NCBI RefSeq assembly: GCF_006345805.1
Contig: NC_043001.1
Coordinates: 32,922,001 to 32,986,000, forward strand
DNA from: Octopus sinensis
Lineage: Eukaryota
Length of the DNA: 64,000 bases
Reading direction: 5' to 3'
Shown here: piece by piece, positions 13,526-26,277 of the stretch
Numbering within the stretch: the first letter of the stretch is position 1
How the letters are laid out: the number at the start of each line of letters is the position of its first letter
Notes under the pieces: model-generated
What the model saw: the letters and a program-made list of their open reading frames with translations, nothing else
Told to the model about the DNA's origin: nothing
The model's database searches: none
Program-made: the position numbers and the translations under genes

Positions 13526-14163
13526 AACTACAATCAAGATGAGGACAAATATCCGTCAAATGTAAATAATGTAAATAACGCTATGCTGATATTTTGGGAA
13601 ATCTACGCTCTTATCGGTGAACATCAATTCAAATATGACCATATAGACTATCCCCTGCCAAAATAGAAACTACACCTACAACTCACCGGAACACGGATTC
13701 TATAATTATAATATACTTCAGCTATCCAAGCCACACACATTATATACTAACTTCTTCCGCCAAGACAGTATCTATGACTATTAAGATTCATTATCCCTTT
13801 CGCTCATGTCTATTACCTTTTAATCTCACACTATTTCTTTTCCAATGTTTCTTATATGAACCTGCCTTTTCAACTGCTCTACGAATTTCTCCAGCCGCCA
13901 GCAAATGTTTAACGTACATCCTGCATTGGAGACATCTGTCTCAACAACTATCCTTTGGAATCATCAGCTGTCTGGCCGACCGTCGATTTGCAGGCAATAG
14001 GCGTGCTCGGTCAGAACTAATCTGAGTAGAGGTAAGAAACAATCTCAATGCACTCGGCGTTTTATTTTTACTGTTGAACCGCTTCCGTACTGATAAAAAC
14101 TTTGGCTACGCTAAACCCTTCCCAGAAGTTAGTTTTCTGACTTATCCATACCCCAGAATAAAT

Positions 14164-14538
14164 ACTCTCTTTTACTCTTTTACTTGTTTCAGTCATTTGA
14201 CTGTGGTCATGCTAGAGCACCGCCTTTAGTCGAGCAAATCGACCCCAGGACTTATTCTTTGTAAGCCTAGTACTTATTCTATCGGTCTCTTTTGCCGAAC
14301 CGCTAAGTTACGGAGACATAAACACACCAGCATCGGTTGTCAAGCGATGTTGGGGGGAGGACAAACACAGACACACAAATATATACACACATACACATAT
14401 ATACGACGGGCCTCTTTCAGATTCCGTCTACCGAGGCTATAGTAGAAGACACTTGTCCAAGGTGCCACATAGTGGAAAGGAACCCGGAACCATGTGGTTG
14501 GTAAGCAAGCTACTTACCACACAGCCACTCCTGCGCCT
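14164..14538 (-). mobile_element. SINE family B
   Basis: Near full-length match to the other family B copies. Confidence 0.9.
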
Positions 14539-16588
14539 ATACTATTAAACATTTTCTTACAATTAAGCATTACCTCCATTACGTCATTCCAGTTTCCACT
14601 CTATAGGATGGTTTGGTGATTGTTTGATAAACTAAACCACCTCGTATGATCCTATCATACAGCAGCCCTTATGACAGATTAACTTAATTCTTCATGTCTA
14701 TAGCAACTATCCATAACAGTAAATGTAATTTATCTTTTGTCTATCAACTATAGCTAAGCGACTTCCTTGATATCATATTCGATATGTCCATTGACATTCG
14801 CAACACAACGAAAGAACACATTCTTAAATCAGATGTTCAATGAGTACTGCCAAACCTGCACGATATAATCATCAAGAAATCGAAAGCTGCCTTCGTTCAT
14901 CCTATGGCCTATCACCTTCTCTTTAGATTGAAGTCGGATCTTCTACTTGACAAATATACCTCTTCCGATATTACAGTATCTTCTTAACAACCAGTCCTTA
15001 CAAGGACTGAGTTCATAATCAACACTCCTCAAATAAAGTTGACACATAATTGCTTCCTATTTTGTTTCTAACAACTAACAACTATCTACACACCTAGCTT
15101 CAAACAACCGTGTCCGACGATAATCCTCTTTAGCCCTAAACAGTACGCTTCCAAGTTCGCTGATATCCTTACCAAACTTGTTAATATTTTCTCCCGGATA
15201 GGCATCTGAATTAATGTATCCATTCCACGGAAAGGGGCAACCACGTTAATTCAGCTGGAGGCTACCGCAAACAAGTATCTATTTTAACAACTGGAATTTC
15301 TTTCACTTCTAAGTGACCATCATACAGATGACCACGCAGAAAACAGGTCGGATCAGCTAAGAATGAATTTTCTTTACTCAGTACGACAAAGTGATAATTT
15401 CATGCTATTATAAGGATTAAGAATTGGCTAAATCTCCACACGATTCTGCTGCTTGATGCTTCTGTAAATACTATGTAAATTACTGTCAATTTCATCAATA
15501 AAAAGTTTATCAAATTAAAGTCTGATGTAAACTGACTTACTCCTTTGATTACTTTACTTTTATTTAATAGCATCAATCATTGGTATGAAATATAGTCTAT
15601 GATATGAAGCACTCAATATGGGTGCGACGGCTTCTGGTACTTCAGCCATACTTATTAGCTGTTTATCTTTGCATAATATAAGCAACATTTGAAAGAACAA
15701 ATGACTTTTACCTGAATCTCCCAGCCAATTCCGATTCCACAGAAACCTTTGAAATTATTTCCAGCTGTACTAACTTAACTGTAAATAAGCTAATACCGCT
15801 TTCATTCGGTCAACGAGTAAAGTTCTAACACTTGCGTCAACATCTCCAAATAAGATTTCTCCAGGAACTCAAATTACACTGTAACTTCAAAATCGTTATG
15901 GTCGACATAAAGCAAGGTGAAAATGTTCGTTATTTATTCATAATCAGAATATCTCCAGCCGATATACAAATCAGATTATTAGAAAACAAAACCTTTGACT
16001 TAGATCGTGTCTTACAAGTAGCTATGATAAATTCTTAGACATAGAATTCTGCTCTGTGGACAGACATTAGTGAGAACTGAAAAAAAAAAAGAGACCATAA
16101 TTCTTGTGCAGCATCACCTCCTCGGTATTGTTTCTAAGAGAATTGTTCCGCGACGTAATCGTACCCAATGATCAGCTCGCTATACTACTTGTTTGAAGTG
16201 TATAGAAAAGATGACAATTTTCAAATATTTGTAGATACTTGAAGCAGCTAGTAAGCGGTTCTGTTCTCTCTGCAAGACTTATATATAAACTTTCTTCTAA
16301 AAAAAAAAAAACATCATTGACTTGATTGTTCGCAAAACTTCTGTTAAAAGCGTCAGTGATATAAAAAGAGTTTAGAGATCGAGAGAACTATTACAAAAAT
16401 AATAAAAAAATGTAATTAGAGTCAAGTTATCTGGGAGTGAGAGTACCGAGAACGACAGGGCGGTCTTGCTCGAGAGAGATAGATGTGAAAGGTTTAAAGG
16501 AACTATTTGGTGAAAAAATTGAAATAACGCCGTTACACGTTCGATACGATGAGATGCCATCAGTGGTACAAATTGAGGATATAGAATA

Positions 16589-16970
16589 CTAGCAGTATCA
16601 CCCGGCGTTGCTCAGGTTTGTAAGGGAAATAACTATAAAGCATTTTTAGAGAGTTATAGCCAAAAAATAGCAAAAAAATGGAAAAAATGATGGTAAATTT
16701 TTTTTTTAGTTAAAAAAGGTGGAGTTGCGTCCCCTAGACAGTTTGCGGTTTGTGTTTCTGATTCTCGACCCCATGTCGAATTTATCGATTTTTTTCAGAA
16801 CTGGGGGAACTTTTCAAAATTTTCGCTGCGTTAGTTTTGAATTATGACATTGGGCTATGTGTGTGTCAAGTTTCATCAGAATCGGTTGAAAGCCGTGGTC
16901 AGGGTGAGGGTACAAGCAAACAGACACACAGAAACACGCACAGACAAACTGCCGTTTATATAGAGAGAGA
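16589..16970 (-). mobile_element. non-autonomous Helitron
   Basis: 5' TCTCTCTCTATATAAACGGCAG, 3' hairpin plus CTAG. Near-identical inverted copy at 19480-19860. Confidence 0.8.
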
Positions 16971-17475
16971 TTTACTGCGAAAATGAAATATTTAAAATAA
17001 TAACTTTTAAAACAAAAAAAAAACGATGCAAAATAAGAATAATGAACTGTAATGTTAGTATGTGATACAAGAACAGTAAAATGGAACTACCTGCTTTGTG
17101 GGGTAGGAAAGCCATTTCATTCTCATTTTCATTATACGCATAATTCATCCGATATCTGTTTTCATGTACCCCAAGGTATTGCTTTGTCTGTTTTTGTTTT
17201 GTACTTTCTATATTTAGGCATTGTACCTAATAAAAGAAATCAAAAGGGTCAGTGATATGAAAATTGATTTCTATATATGCTGTGCACGATTTAAGGTTAT
17301 GAACAAAAATACCTTCATCTAAACTGAGTACATCAAACAATATTATGAACTAACCATAAAACTAAAGGCCACTGACACGATCAAATATATTTTTTCGTGC
17401 AACTTATTCTTATTTACCTTAAATATTTGGCCACTGATTAAGGGTGCGACGGCTTCTGGTGCTTGAGATATGGAA

Positions 17476-17855
17476 GTACTCCGACGGTTACGACGACGAG
17501 GGTTCCGGTTGATCCGAATCAACGGAACAGCCTGCTCGTGAAATTAACGTGTAAGTGGCTGAGCACTCCACAGACACGTGTACCCTTAACGTAGTTCTCG
17601 GGGATATTCAGCGTGACACAGAGAGTGACAAGGCCGGCCTCTTGAAATACAGGTACAACAGAAACAGGAAGTAAGAGTGAGAGAAAGTTGTGGTGAAAGA
17701 GTACAGCAGGGATCACCACCATCCCCTGCCGGAGCATCGTGGAGCTTTAGGTGTTTTCGCTCAATAAACACCCACAACGCCCGGTCTGGGAATCGGGACC
17801 GCGATCCTATGACCGCGAGTCCGCTGCCCTAACCACTGGGCCATTGCGCTTCCAC
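17476..17855 (-). mobile_element. tRNA-derived SINE family C
   Basis: Head GTGGAAGCGCAATGGCCCAGTGGTTAGGGCAGCGGACTCGCGG.., tail CCTCGTCGTCGTAACCGTCGGAGT. Flanked by the TSD-like CTTGAGATAT. Second copy at 31839. Confidence 0.9.
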
Positions 17856-19479
17856 TTGAGATATACTGAAGTATTAGCTGTTTATCTTTGCGGAATATAA
17901 TCAACGTTTGAAAGAACAAATGACTTTTACCTGAGTCTCCCAGCCAATTCCATTTCCACAGAACCCTTTGAAATTATTTCTAGCTGTACTAACTTAACTG
18001 TAAATAAGCTAATACCGCTTTCATTCGGTCAACGAGTAAAGTTCTAACATTTACGTCAACATCTCCAAATAAGTGATCGCGAAAAGTGTTCATGAAAACA
18101 AGATTTCTTCAGGAACTCAAATTACACTGTAACTTCAAAATCGTTAAGGTAGACATAAAGAAAGATGAAAACGTTCGTTATTTATTTTTCGGTGTCCGCC
18201 AACTGAACTTGCCGGCTTGCTTTGTGCCCTCGCTAAGGTTTCAACCACCAAGAAACTTCTTCAATATGGCCAAATATCAAACCTGTGATTACGAAATTTC
18301 TTTAAATCTAGATCATCTCATCCCGAGCTAATTCAATCGAAAAGGACTAAAGTGTTGGAAGAAACTACCATCGAGTAAAGAGACACAATCTGGCGAGGTT
18401 CTTGTGGTTAACGGTTATAGTAAAAAGTGGGTTAGTAGTTCTTTGCCCCTAAATTATTAACAAATTCATCCACTCACATGGTTTCTCACTGCCCATATTT
18501 AACCATTTATTTAACAAACAATTCAGTATTATCGACATACGTCGTAACTAGACTGTGTTGCATTGCATTCCAATAACAAGGATTTTAACGCTTTTGTGGT
18601 AGGACAATTGTTCCAGTTTGATCGCATTAGTTTTGAAACAGTGATGCGTGTTAAAAAATATTATAGAAATATTATTTGTGAAAACGCGTTAAAAGCACGT
18701 ACTCCTATTTAAATGAAAGCACCATTGGTGGAAAGACGAAAGCGGAACAGAAACATGAATTATCTAAATTTTTAAAACTTGTTCGCGAATCTAATATGGC
18801 AGTGAATAATGATGAATGTAAAATTTTTTGAAAAAATTCTGTTGTAAAATTAGTCATAACGAATTACGTCCTGACACCTCATGTGTAATTCCAATTAAAG
18901 AAATGCCCGTGCCTGTTAATAAATGGTCCTTATGTCAGGTTATGGGTCTGTTAATTTATTATTCTTGATCGATTCATCACTTCTCTGAAAAACTAACCTG
19001 TAATTAGTGCTCAATTACTGCTCTTTGAGGAAGCTGTAAGCTGCTGCTTTGAAGTCTGTCAAGTAGACGAGCATATGCCGTTTGTCGTCAAAACGTACGC
19101 TTCTGAGGCCATCACCGAGGTTTGTTTTAATTAAAATGGCTGCTATGAAAAATCATTCTACGTTGGAGAAAATGGCTTAAAAAAAAGAGTATCGCTTAAT
19201 CCTAAACAGACGATATACCGCAGTAACTTGCCAAAATTTTGGAAAATGAGAATATAAAAAGCGATACCCATTCTTACTACTCCGCTACAAAATCTTCCGT
19301 TAGCTTTGAGCCTTTGCTTAATGTTATTGCAGATGCGCTCTTGTGTGATGCTTGTGACACTACTTCGTAGACTAACATTTAGTAATTGCACAGATCTCTG
19401 TTAGTCTTTTAGCTGCATGTTTAGTTCATAACAATTCTTATTTGGTGTACCCAGTTTATCTTAAGACATGCACAGTATA

Positions 19480-19860
19480 TCTCTCTATATATAAACGGCA
19501 GTTTGTCTGTGCGTGTTTCTGTGTGTCTGTTTGCTTGTACCCTCACCCTGACCACGGCTTTCAACCGATTCTGATGAAACTTGACACACACATAGCCCAA
19601 TGTCATAATTCAAAACTAACGCAGCGAAAATTTTAAAAAGTTCCCCCAGTTCTGAAAAAAATCGATAAATTCGACATGGGGTCGGGAATTAGAGACACAA
19701 ACCGCAAACTGTCTAGGAAACGCAACTCCACCTTTTTTAACTAAAAAAAAATTTACCATAATTTTTTTCCATTCTTTTGCTATTTTTTGGCTATAACTCT
19801 CTAAAAATGCTTTTAGTTATTTCCCTTACAAACCTGAGCAACGCCGGGCGATACTGTTAG
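19480..19860 (+). mobile_element. non-autonomous Helitron
   Basis: A|TCTCTCTATATATAAACGG ... CCTGAGCAACGCCGGGCGATACTGTTAG|T. Confidence 0.8.
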
Positions 19861-20808
19861 TATAAAGCTAAATTTTCGTATCACTAATTCGTTTTACAGC
19901 TGTTCTGCGATTATTGGAGTTAATGATTTTTTAAAAGCAGAAGTGGGTTACCAGTTGGCACATTTTGTTCGAATATGAAATCATCTTTATTTGGCGGGGA
20001 TATTAAACACGTTGTTTCTAAATGCCGAAGCCACGATGCCATTGTACACATGACGTCAGCTTGACAGATCAATAATTATTCCTGGTCGCATAAGAATTGA
20101 TTTTAAGGCTACATTTTCTTCATTGTAAAGGTGATAAATATCTTGAGTTTTGAAAAACACAAACATTTTATTGATTGGCATTGAGGAATATTCTCGTTTT
20201 CTATTTGTTTTCTCTTTTCACCAAATTTTTCGTCGATAATACAATAGTATTATTGACATAATATTGTATCTCTAGTTTACCTGTATTTAAACCCTCAAAC
20301 CAAGGACTCTTATTTATGAGAGAAATCGAAGTATTCCTCTTGTTTTAGGGGTGTACCAACTCACCCTTCAAATCCATACCACCCTTCCGGAAATCTGTAG
20401 TATATGCATGAAGTTGGTATATTTCGGGAAAAATCGTTACATTAGCGGTGGACTAAAAAATAATCTATATATCCTCATATGAGAGCCTCTTTCGATTGAT
20501 GCCTACATCTTTGTTGTGTATAACCGCAAACTAAAAACTACATATACATTTCTTCGCCTTTCTTTAAGAATAAAATCGCAAATGTAATGAGCATGTCAAT
20601 CCGAATATTTTCACCGGGAAGTTTCTATTGAGGAAAAATATCCATGATAAAGGCTATGACCCATAAACATGGTCCTACATACCAGTCTAACCTAACGAAT
20701 GAGCTGCGTTGTTCTACTTGCATTAGTCTACTAAGTGAAAAACATGGTTTGATATATTGTTTGAATTATATATCCTTTTGGTTACTATTATAGTTATGAT
20801 ATTGTACA

Positions 20809-21223
20809 GCGGCGAGCTGGCAGAAACGTTAGCACGCCGGGCGAAATGCGTAGCCGTATTTCGTCTGCCGTTACGTTCTGAGTTCAAATTCCACCGAGGT
20901 CCACTTTGCCTTTCATCCTTTCGGAGTCGATTAAATAAGTACCAGTTACGCACTGGGGTCGATATAATCGACTTAATCCGTTTGTCTGTCCTTGTTTGTC
21001 TTCTCTGTGTTTAGCCCCTTGTGGGTAGTAAAGAAATAGGTATTTGGTCTGCCGCTACCTTCTGAGTTCAAATTCCGCCGAGGTCGACTTTGCCTTTCAT
21101 CCTTTCGGGATCGATTAAATAAGTACCAGTTATGCACTCGGGTCAATGTAATCGACTTCATCTCTTTGTCTGTCCTTGTTTGTCTCCTCTATGTTTAGCA
21201 CCCCGTGGGCAATGAAATAAATA
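20809..21223 (+). mobile_element. SINE family A dimer
   Basis: Head plus two bodies, junction AAAGAAATA|GGTATTT at about 21038. Confidence 0.9.
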
Positions 21224-21224
21224 T

Positions 21225-23417
21225 TTCCATACTACCGTCATGATTTCAGATTTAACGCCATTGACAACGTTTTTGTTTTTAATTTTTAATCAATCAACTA
21301 GGTTGCATTGACGGTAATCATCTCGGCTGAGATCGGCAATTAGCGCACGACAATGGTTCGGCGTATATTTACATCAATCGCTTCAACCAGTTTACGGCGG
21401 TGATTCATACGGTCACCAACGCGCGGCAACGATAATGCAAGATAACGTTCGGCGTATATTTACGTCAATCGCTTTAGTGCAAGTACTGTTTATTTACCTA
21501 AACTATATCCCTGTGCATGATGCTCCTGTGGTATTATTCCTGAATGAGATCACTCGACAGCACAAGTATCAACTTCATGTTTTTACAATCATGTGAATTC
21601 AAAAATTAGCTTTAGTGTAGTAGGGTTCAAAACGGGGTACCACACACCGTGACATATCACATTGTGAACAATGGTATCTAGTTTCCTTAAGTTTCCCTTT
21701 TGTTTTACATACTGTGCATCTTTTTGAAGTATTTGTCTTCTTGACTGTTGGGAGAAACAGTCGTGGAAAATGTCCACGTCCCTTCACCATGCAGTGAGGA
21801 AAGAGTCCGGGACGTCCACTCGTTCTGTATTTTGGCAGGTCTGATGCTTCTATCATTCCACGAAACAATAGATTCCTGAATGTCAATCTATCCCCAACAC
21901 CGCCAAGCATCTGCCAAATCAAATGTGAGTTCACGACACATATGTCAACTATATACAAGAAAATTGTTTTGTACCATTTAAAAAATTTTCTCACCGATTT
22001 GTGTGTCGCCACCAACTGATCTGAGCGATCGACCCTGCCCATCCCTTCACTATATGAAACAACTACACTCGGTTTAATTATAGCATTACCGTCCGCATCT
22101 TGCTTCCTGATGTCCTTCATGCTTTCAGAATGCATTGTTTTTCTTGTCACGCCACACTAAAGCGAGGACGCCACTATCGGTGCATCGGTACGTTGTTTCC
22201 TGCTTTCGAAGTTTTATCTTGTGAAGATCTAGTGGCATGTTTTTCCTGTGTGTCCTCGCAGTACCACAAGCATTAGTCCTCCTCGCCTGCAACTTCAGGA
22301 AGCGGTCTGGACTAGAAAACCAGTTGTCCATATAAATATTGTAACCTTTGTCAGACAAGTTTTCATTCAACAAAAACACAACATCAGTTGACGTTATAGT
22401 AGACGCTGGAAGATCCAATCTGTCCTGACAAGTGTAGATTTTGTAATTCCACGTGTACCCACAGGTTCTGCCAGTTGACTGGCACAATTTATAAACCTTG
22501 ACGCCAAAGCGGGTATGTTTGGACGGGATGTATTGTTTGAATCGGAGTCTTCCCTTAAATTTCCACAAACTCTCGTCCGTACAAATGTACACAAACCGCT
22601 TTGAAATTTTCAGCCACTTCATAAACGACAGGACATATGTTATGCAGCCTGTCATCCTGGTTCTCGTCTGTGTTGAAATGTAGATTTCGAAGAAGCGCCA
22701 AGAATCGATCACATAGCATCGTTTTCGGAAAGAAAGGTATCGATGTGGTTGGTTCCCGATTCCCAAATGACGCCAGGTTCTGTTTCCTCACAACACCTAT
22801 CAGTATCAGCAGGGCAAGCAGAACTTTGATTTTGTCCCGTGATTAGAAACCAATCACCGCCATGCCTGGGTCTAACAGGATTTTCAGCATAGTCATTCGT
22901 TTCGTCCGCTATATATTGGAACATTTCATCCGTCACATGTTCAAGGTTTGTCTTTATGCCAGGCGTACAAGTAAACCCATGCCCTCAGACAAAATGTCTC
23001 TCGCTCGCCACACGATATTCTATCGTCCAGGGCCATTCACTGCTGCCCACTTATACATTTGATTCACCGGAATATTATTATCGCTATCGGAATCACCTGA
23101 TTCTGAACTAGGAAAATACTCACTCTCCGAGTCATCGTCCGTACTGGAAGAAACAATTGGTGAGGTGGTGGAGACTGACACGACGACGTGAATTCGATGA
23201 AACAAGACGTGATGACGAAGTTGACGGAGCCGGAATGACAGGATCAACCTATCGGGTTTAAAATATTTACATGAAACATCTAATCAGTCTATCAGTTGAC
23301 AAGTAGACCGGTACTAACACAGGTAATAGGTTGTAAGTCAGGCGGCGTATAATTACGTCGACCGATTTGAAGCATGTACATTACGTGCGAACATTTACGT
23401 CAAAAGCTTTAAAAGGG
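21225..23417 (-). mobile_element. piggyBac DNA transposon (one intact terminus)
   Basis: Right end AAAGGG|TTAA (23412-23421). Subterminal repeats near both ends. Encodes the transposase listed next. Left TIR not found. Confidence 0.8.
21599..23200 (-). pseudogene. piggyBac (PGBD4-like) transposase, frameshifted
   Basis: Acidic N-terminus, TDEMFQYIADETNDYA, DRFLALLRNLHF, DDD triad (CTDESLWKFKGR, YMDNWFSS, MGRVDRSDQ), KWYKTIF, C-terminal CTVC..TRYHCSQC cysteine-rich domain. Split over at least five frames or ORFs. Confidence 0.93.
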
Positions 23418-23614
23418 TTAAGGTACAAGCCAATAATTTTGAGGGATAGGAGTGAGTAGTCGGTTCCATCGATGCTGGTATTTGACTAATACTATATCTT
23501 ATCGACCATGAAGAGAAAGTTGATTTCAGAGGGATTTGAACTCAGAACATCGACAGCAAGAAAAATACCGTAAAGCACCTTTCCGACACTCTTACAATTC
23601 TGCTAGCTCGTTGC

Positions 23615-24640
23615 TTTTTCTTTTTACCTATTACAAGCTCACATAGAGGGGACAACACAATATGACCTGGGGTCATATACAACAGATGGTATAAAAATTT
23701 ATAATGACAAAATGAAAGAAAATCGCATGGGACACAAAAGACAATAACATACAATGACAATATTAGGTTTTAAAGACAGGCATGCTCCGACCCCACGAGC
23801 CCTGTCTTCTCAACCGACACCTTTGGTAGTCTATGACGTGCTCACGCAAAGCCTTTCACTCCCAGCATACGTGCTACACGCGTCCATCTTTATTTGAACA
23901 TACACTCTGACAGACACCTCCTTTCCAACCCCACCTTCCCTTTCAGGTGAAAAGTGAAAACATTCAGCTAATCAAGGCTGGGGACAAAGCTGTATGTCAC
24001 AGTACCTTTCTTTCTCGATTTCCATACCACCTCTCTCGCAATTGCTACTACAACGAAAAAACAAGTCTTACCTTCTTCCGTAAGGAAATCCGCTGGGTTA
24101 ATTTTTAGAATTGACTCAGACGACAGCTGTACTCTTCCCCCATCTGACAACAGGTATTCTGCATAAGTCCATACTTCTGATATACCTGGACACTGAACAT
24201 TAGCGTGCGGGACCGTTTCCACGTCCCACCAGCACTTTGGACGGCCCAGGGTGGTCGTGTCTGGTGAGCTAATCCCGAACGGGTAGGGCTCCTCGATAAC
24301 ACTGCCAGACCAAAAACGTTTGGAGTTCATCTAGTGTCTTCGACCCGAATGTTCTTCGGAACAGCCTGTCTAACTGATTGTCACCAAGACCCAGGGTCCT
24401 TCCCAGAGCTTCATCATTTCCAGCCTCTACCAACCTACTATGTTAAGCCGCGGTGGTACCGAAACCGTTGGCATTGTCCGAGTTGCGGAACTGGAGGAGA
24501 GCTTTGCGGCGCTCCGTATACAAGGTGCCCAACTTTGATCTTCGACGAAACCAGTCTTCTCTACCACCAAAACTAGTAAAACTGGGGAACATCCCTTTAA
24601 TGAGTGGAGACCACACCCGTTCACCATCCAGGTAGAGCCA
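23615..24640 (-). mobile_element. 5'-truncated L1/Tx1-clade LINE (ORF2 C-terminus + 3' UTR)
   Basis: ORF 23968-24330 has PKCWWDVETVPHANVQCP..VW (cf. CxxC..ETxxH..CP..W zinc knuckle) and AREVVWKSRK. A-rich tail at about 23615. Confidence 0.8.
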
Positions 24641-25147
24641 GGTAGAGCTGGGACCCTCGTCGTCGTAACCGACGGAGTGCTCCTATCTATTTACTTTAGA
24701 CAATAAACTGTAACTCTTAAAAATTTGGTCGAATATAACATTTTACTTGCTATTGGGAAAAACCTTTTGACCGTTTCTCTCAGACTAGCGTGTGCACTCC
24801 CCGATGAATTTGCACGCCTTCACTTGTCATTCATCACTTAGATTGGAAATTTCCTTCCATATCGTTCCATTAAACCATGCTCGCTGAACGATAACTCAAA
24901 CCCACATTCTCGTAAATCTGATGTCTCTCAAAGTATCACCAAACGCATTCATACAACATAGGCCCAGAGATCCTTACGTTCTCCATGAAATAAACTACCT
25001 TCAAATTTCTAAGAAGGGCCTGGAAAGATTATGATTATTTCCCCCACTCCATTGATTACATAACAAAGTAATTCCAATCCTTGTTTGTAAAATTAACGCC
25101 TTGTACACATTAGAGGATTTAAAAAGGTCATTCTATAATATTCTTCA

Positions 25148-25328
25148 TATATGTATATATATATGAGTGTGTGTATATGTATGTGTGTGTTGTAGGATGT
25201 ATGTATGTATGTATTATGTAGTATATATATTATAATATGTATGTGATGTATATATATATATGTGTATATATGTGTATATATGTTATATATATATATATGT
25301 GTAAATATGTATGTATATAATGTGTGTA

Positions 25329-25375
<47 letters not shown>

Positions 25376-25629
25376 GTATATATATATGTGTGTGTGTATG
25401 TATATGTATATATATGTGTGTGTGTGTATGTATATATATGTGTGTGTGTATGTATATATATATATGTGGTGTTGTATGGATATGATATATATATGTGTGT
25501 GTGTGTATGTATATGTATATATATATGTGTGTGTGGGTTATATATTGTAATATATATATATATATGTGTGTGTATATATATGTAATATATATGTCTGTGT
25601 GTATATATATGTATATATATATATGTGTG

Positions 25630-25660
<31 letters not shown>

Positions 25661-25755
25661 ATATATATATTTTTTTTAGATATATGTATATTATTATATA
25701 TATATATTATATATATAATGTATGTATGTATGTATACATATGTATGTATATATAT
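25148..25755. repeat. compound (TA)/(TG)/(TATG)n microsatellite
   Basis: Directly visible. Confidence 0.95.
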
Positions 25756-26225
25756 TCCTATTCGTAATCCCCATTTTTAGAGAGGGGATAGCCACAACAA
25801 GACACACATCAGGAATTCCATTCATTTCCCAGTTCAAAGAGGCGAGCCCGTTCTACGCTCGGGTCAAGGCATAGAATGCAACTTCCAATATCAGAAGCGG
25901 GGCCCGACAGCATGTGCTGGTTCACCCCCGCCGCATTATGCTCATAATTCCTCTTTTGTCCTTTTCTTGGCTTCGACGAGATTTTAGCTCAAAATTGGGG
26001 CCGTACGAAACATTGGTTGATTAAAAGGTGCTGTTGCTTCCACCAGATATTTTCTGGTAGTAACTTAAAGAAAGATGTCTTTATCTATTGAGGTATATGG
26101 GTTTGGGTGCGGATACGATGCAATGCCGATGGCTGAATGCGACCCACTGACCTCTAAATTATTCGTCTCCTACTTATTGGATCGTCTATCCGCATCTCCA
26201 TATTCTATAAATTATAACAGACTTC

Positions 26226-26227
<2 letters not shown>

Positions 26228-26277
<50 letters not shown>

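Larger units (their letters stand above)
13099..13578. mobile_element. head-to-head inverted element: tRNA-like head + (AAT)n + hammerhead-bearing Penelope-type tail
   Basis: Arms 13129-13257 and 13440-13578 are reverse complements. Central palindrome at 13262-13303. A/B-box-like head at 13285-13350. 13-bp direct repeat CGCTATGCTGATA at 13086-13098 and 13579-13591. Confidence 0.8.
15620..20650 (+). mobile_element. decayed Ty3/Gypsy LTR retrotransposon internal region with nested insertions
   Basis: gag-like FLQELKL..CNF..DIQIRLLENKTFDL (15850-16030). RT: NIKPVITK, TIWR..VLVV, AFVVGQLFQFDRISF, NMAVNNDECKIF, ELRPD..IKEMPVP..MGLLIYYS. RNase H: PFVVKTYAS, NVIADAL. Integrase: RIDFKA, IEEYSRFLF, PYHPSGN. 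The RT-RH-IN order fits Gypsy. LTRs not identified. Confidence 0.8.

Noticed and set aside
13600-15330. Possible very old LINE RT fragment on the plus strand
   Set aside because: Only vague C/A-rich composition and a KPPR-like hint. I could not support any motif series.
25970-26015. TCGACGA...GAAACATT hammerhead-like spacing
   Set aside because: Core mismatch and no stem II adjacent to GAAA.
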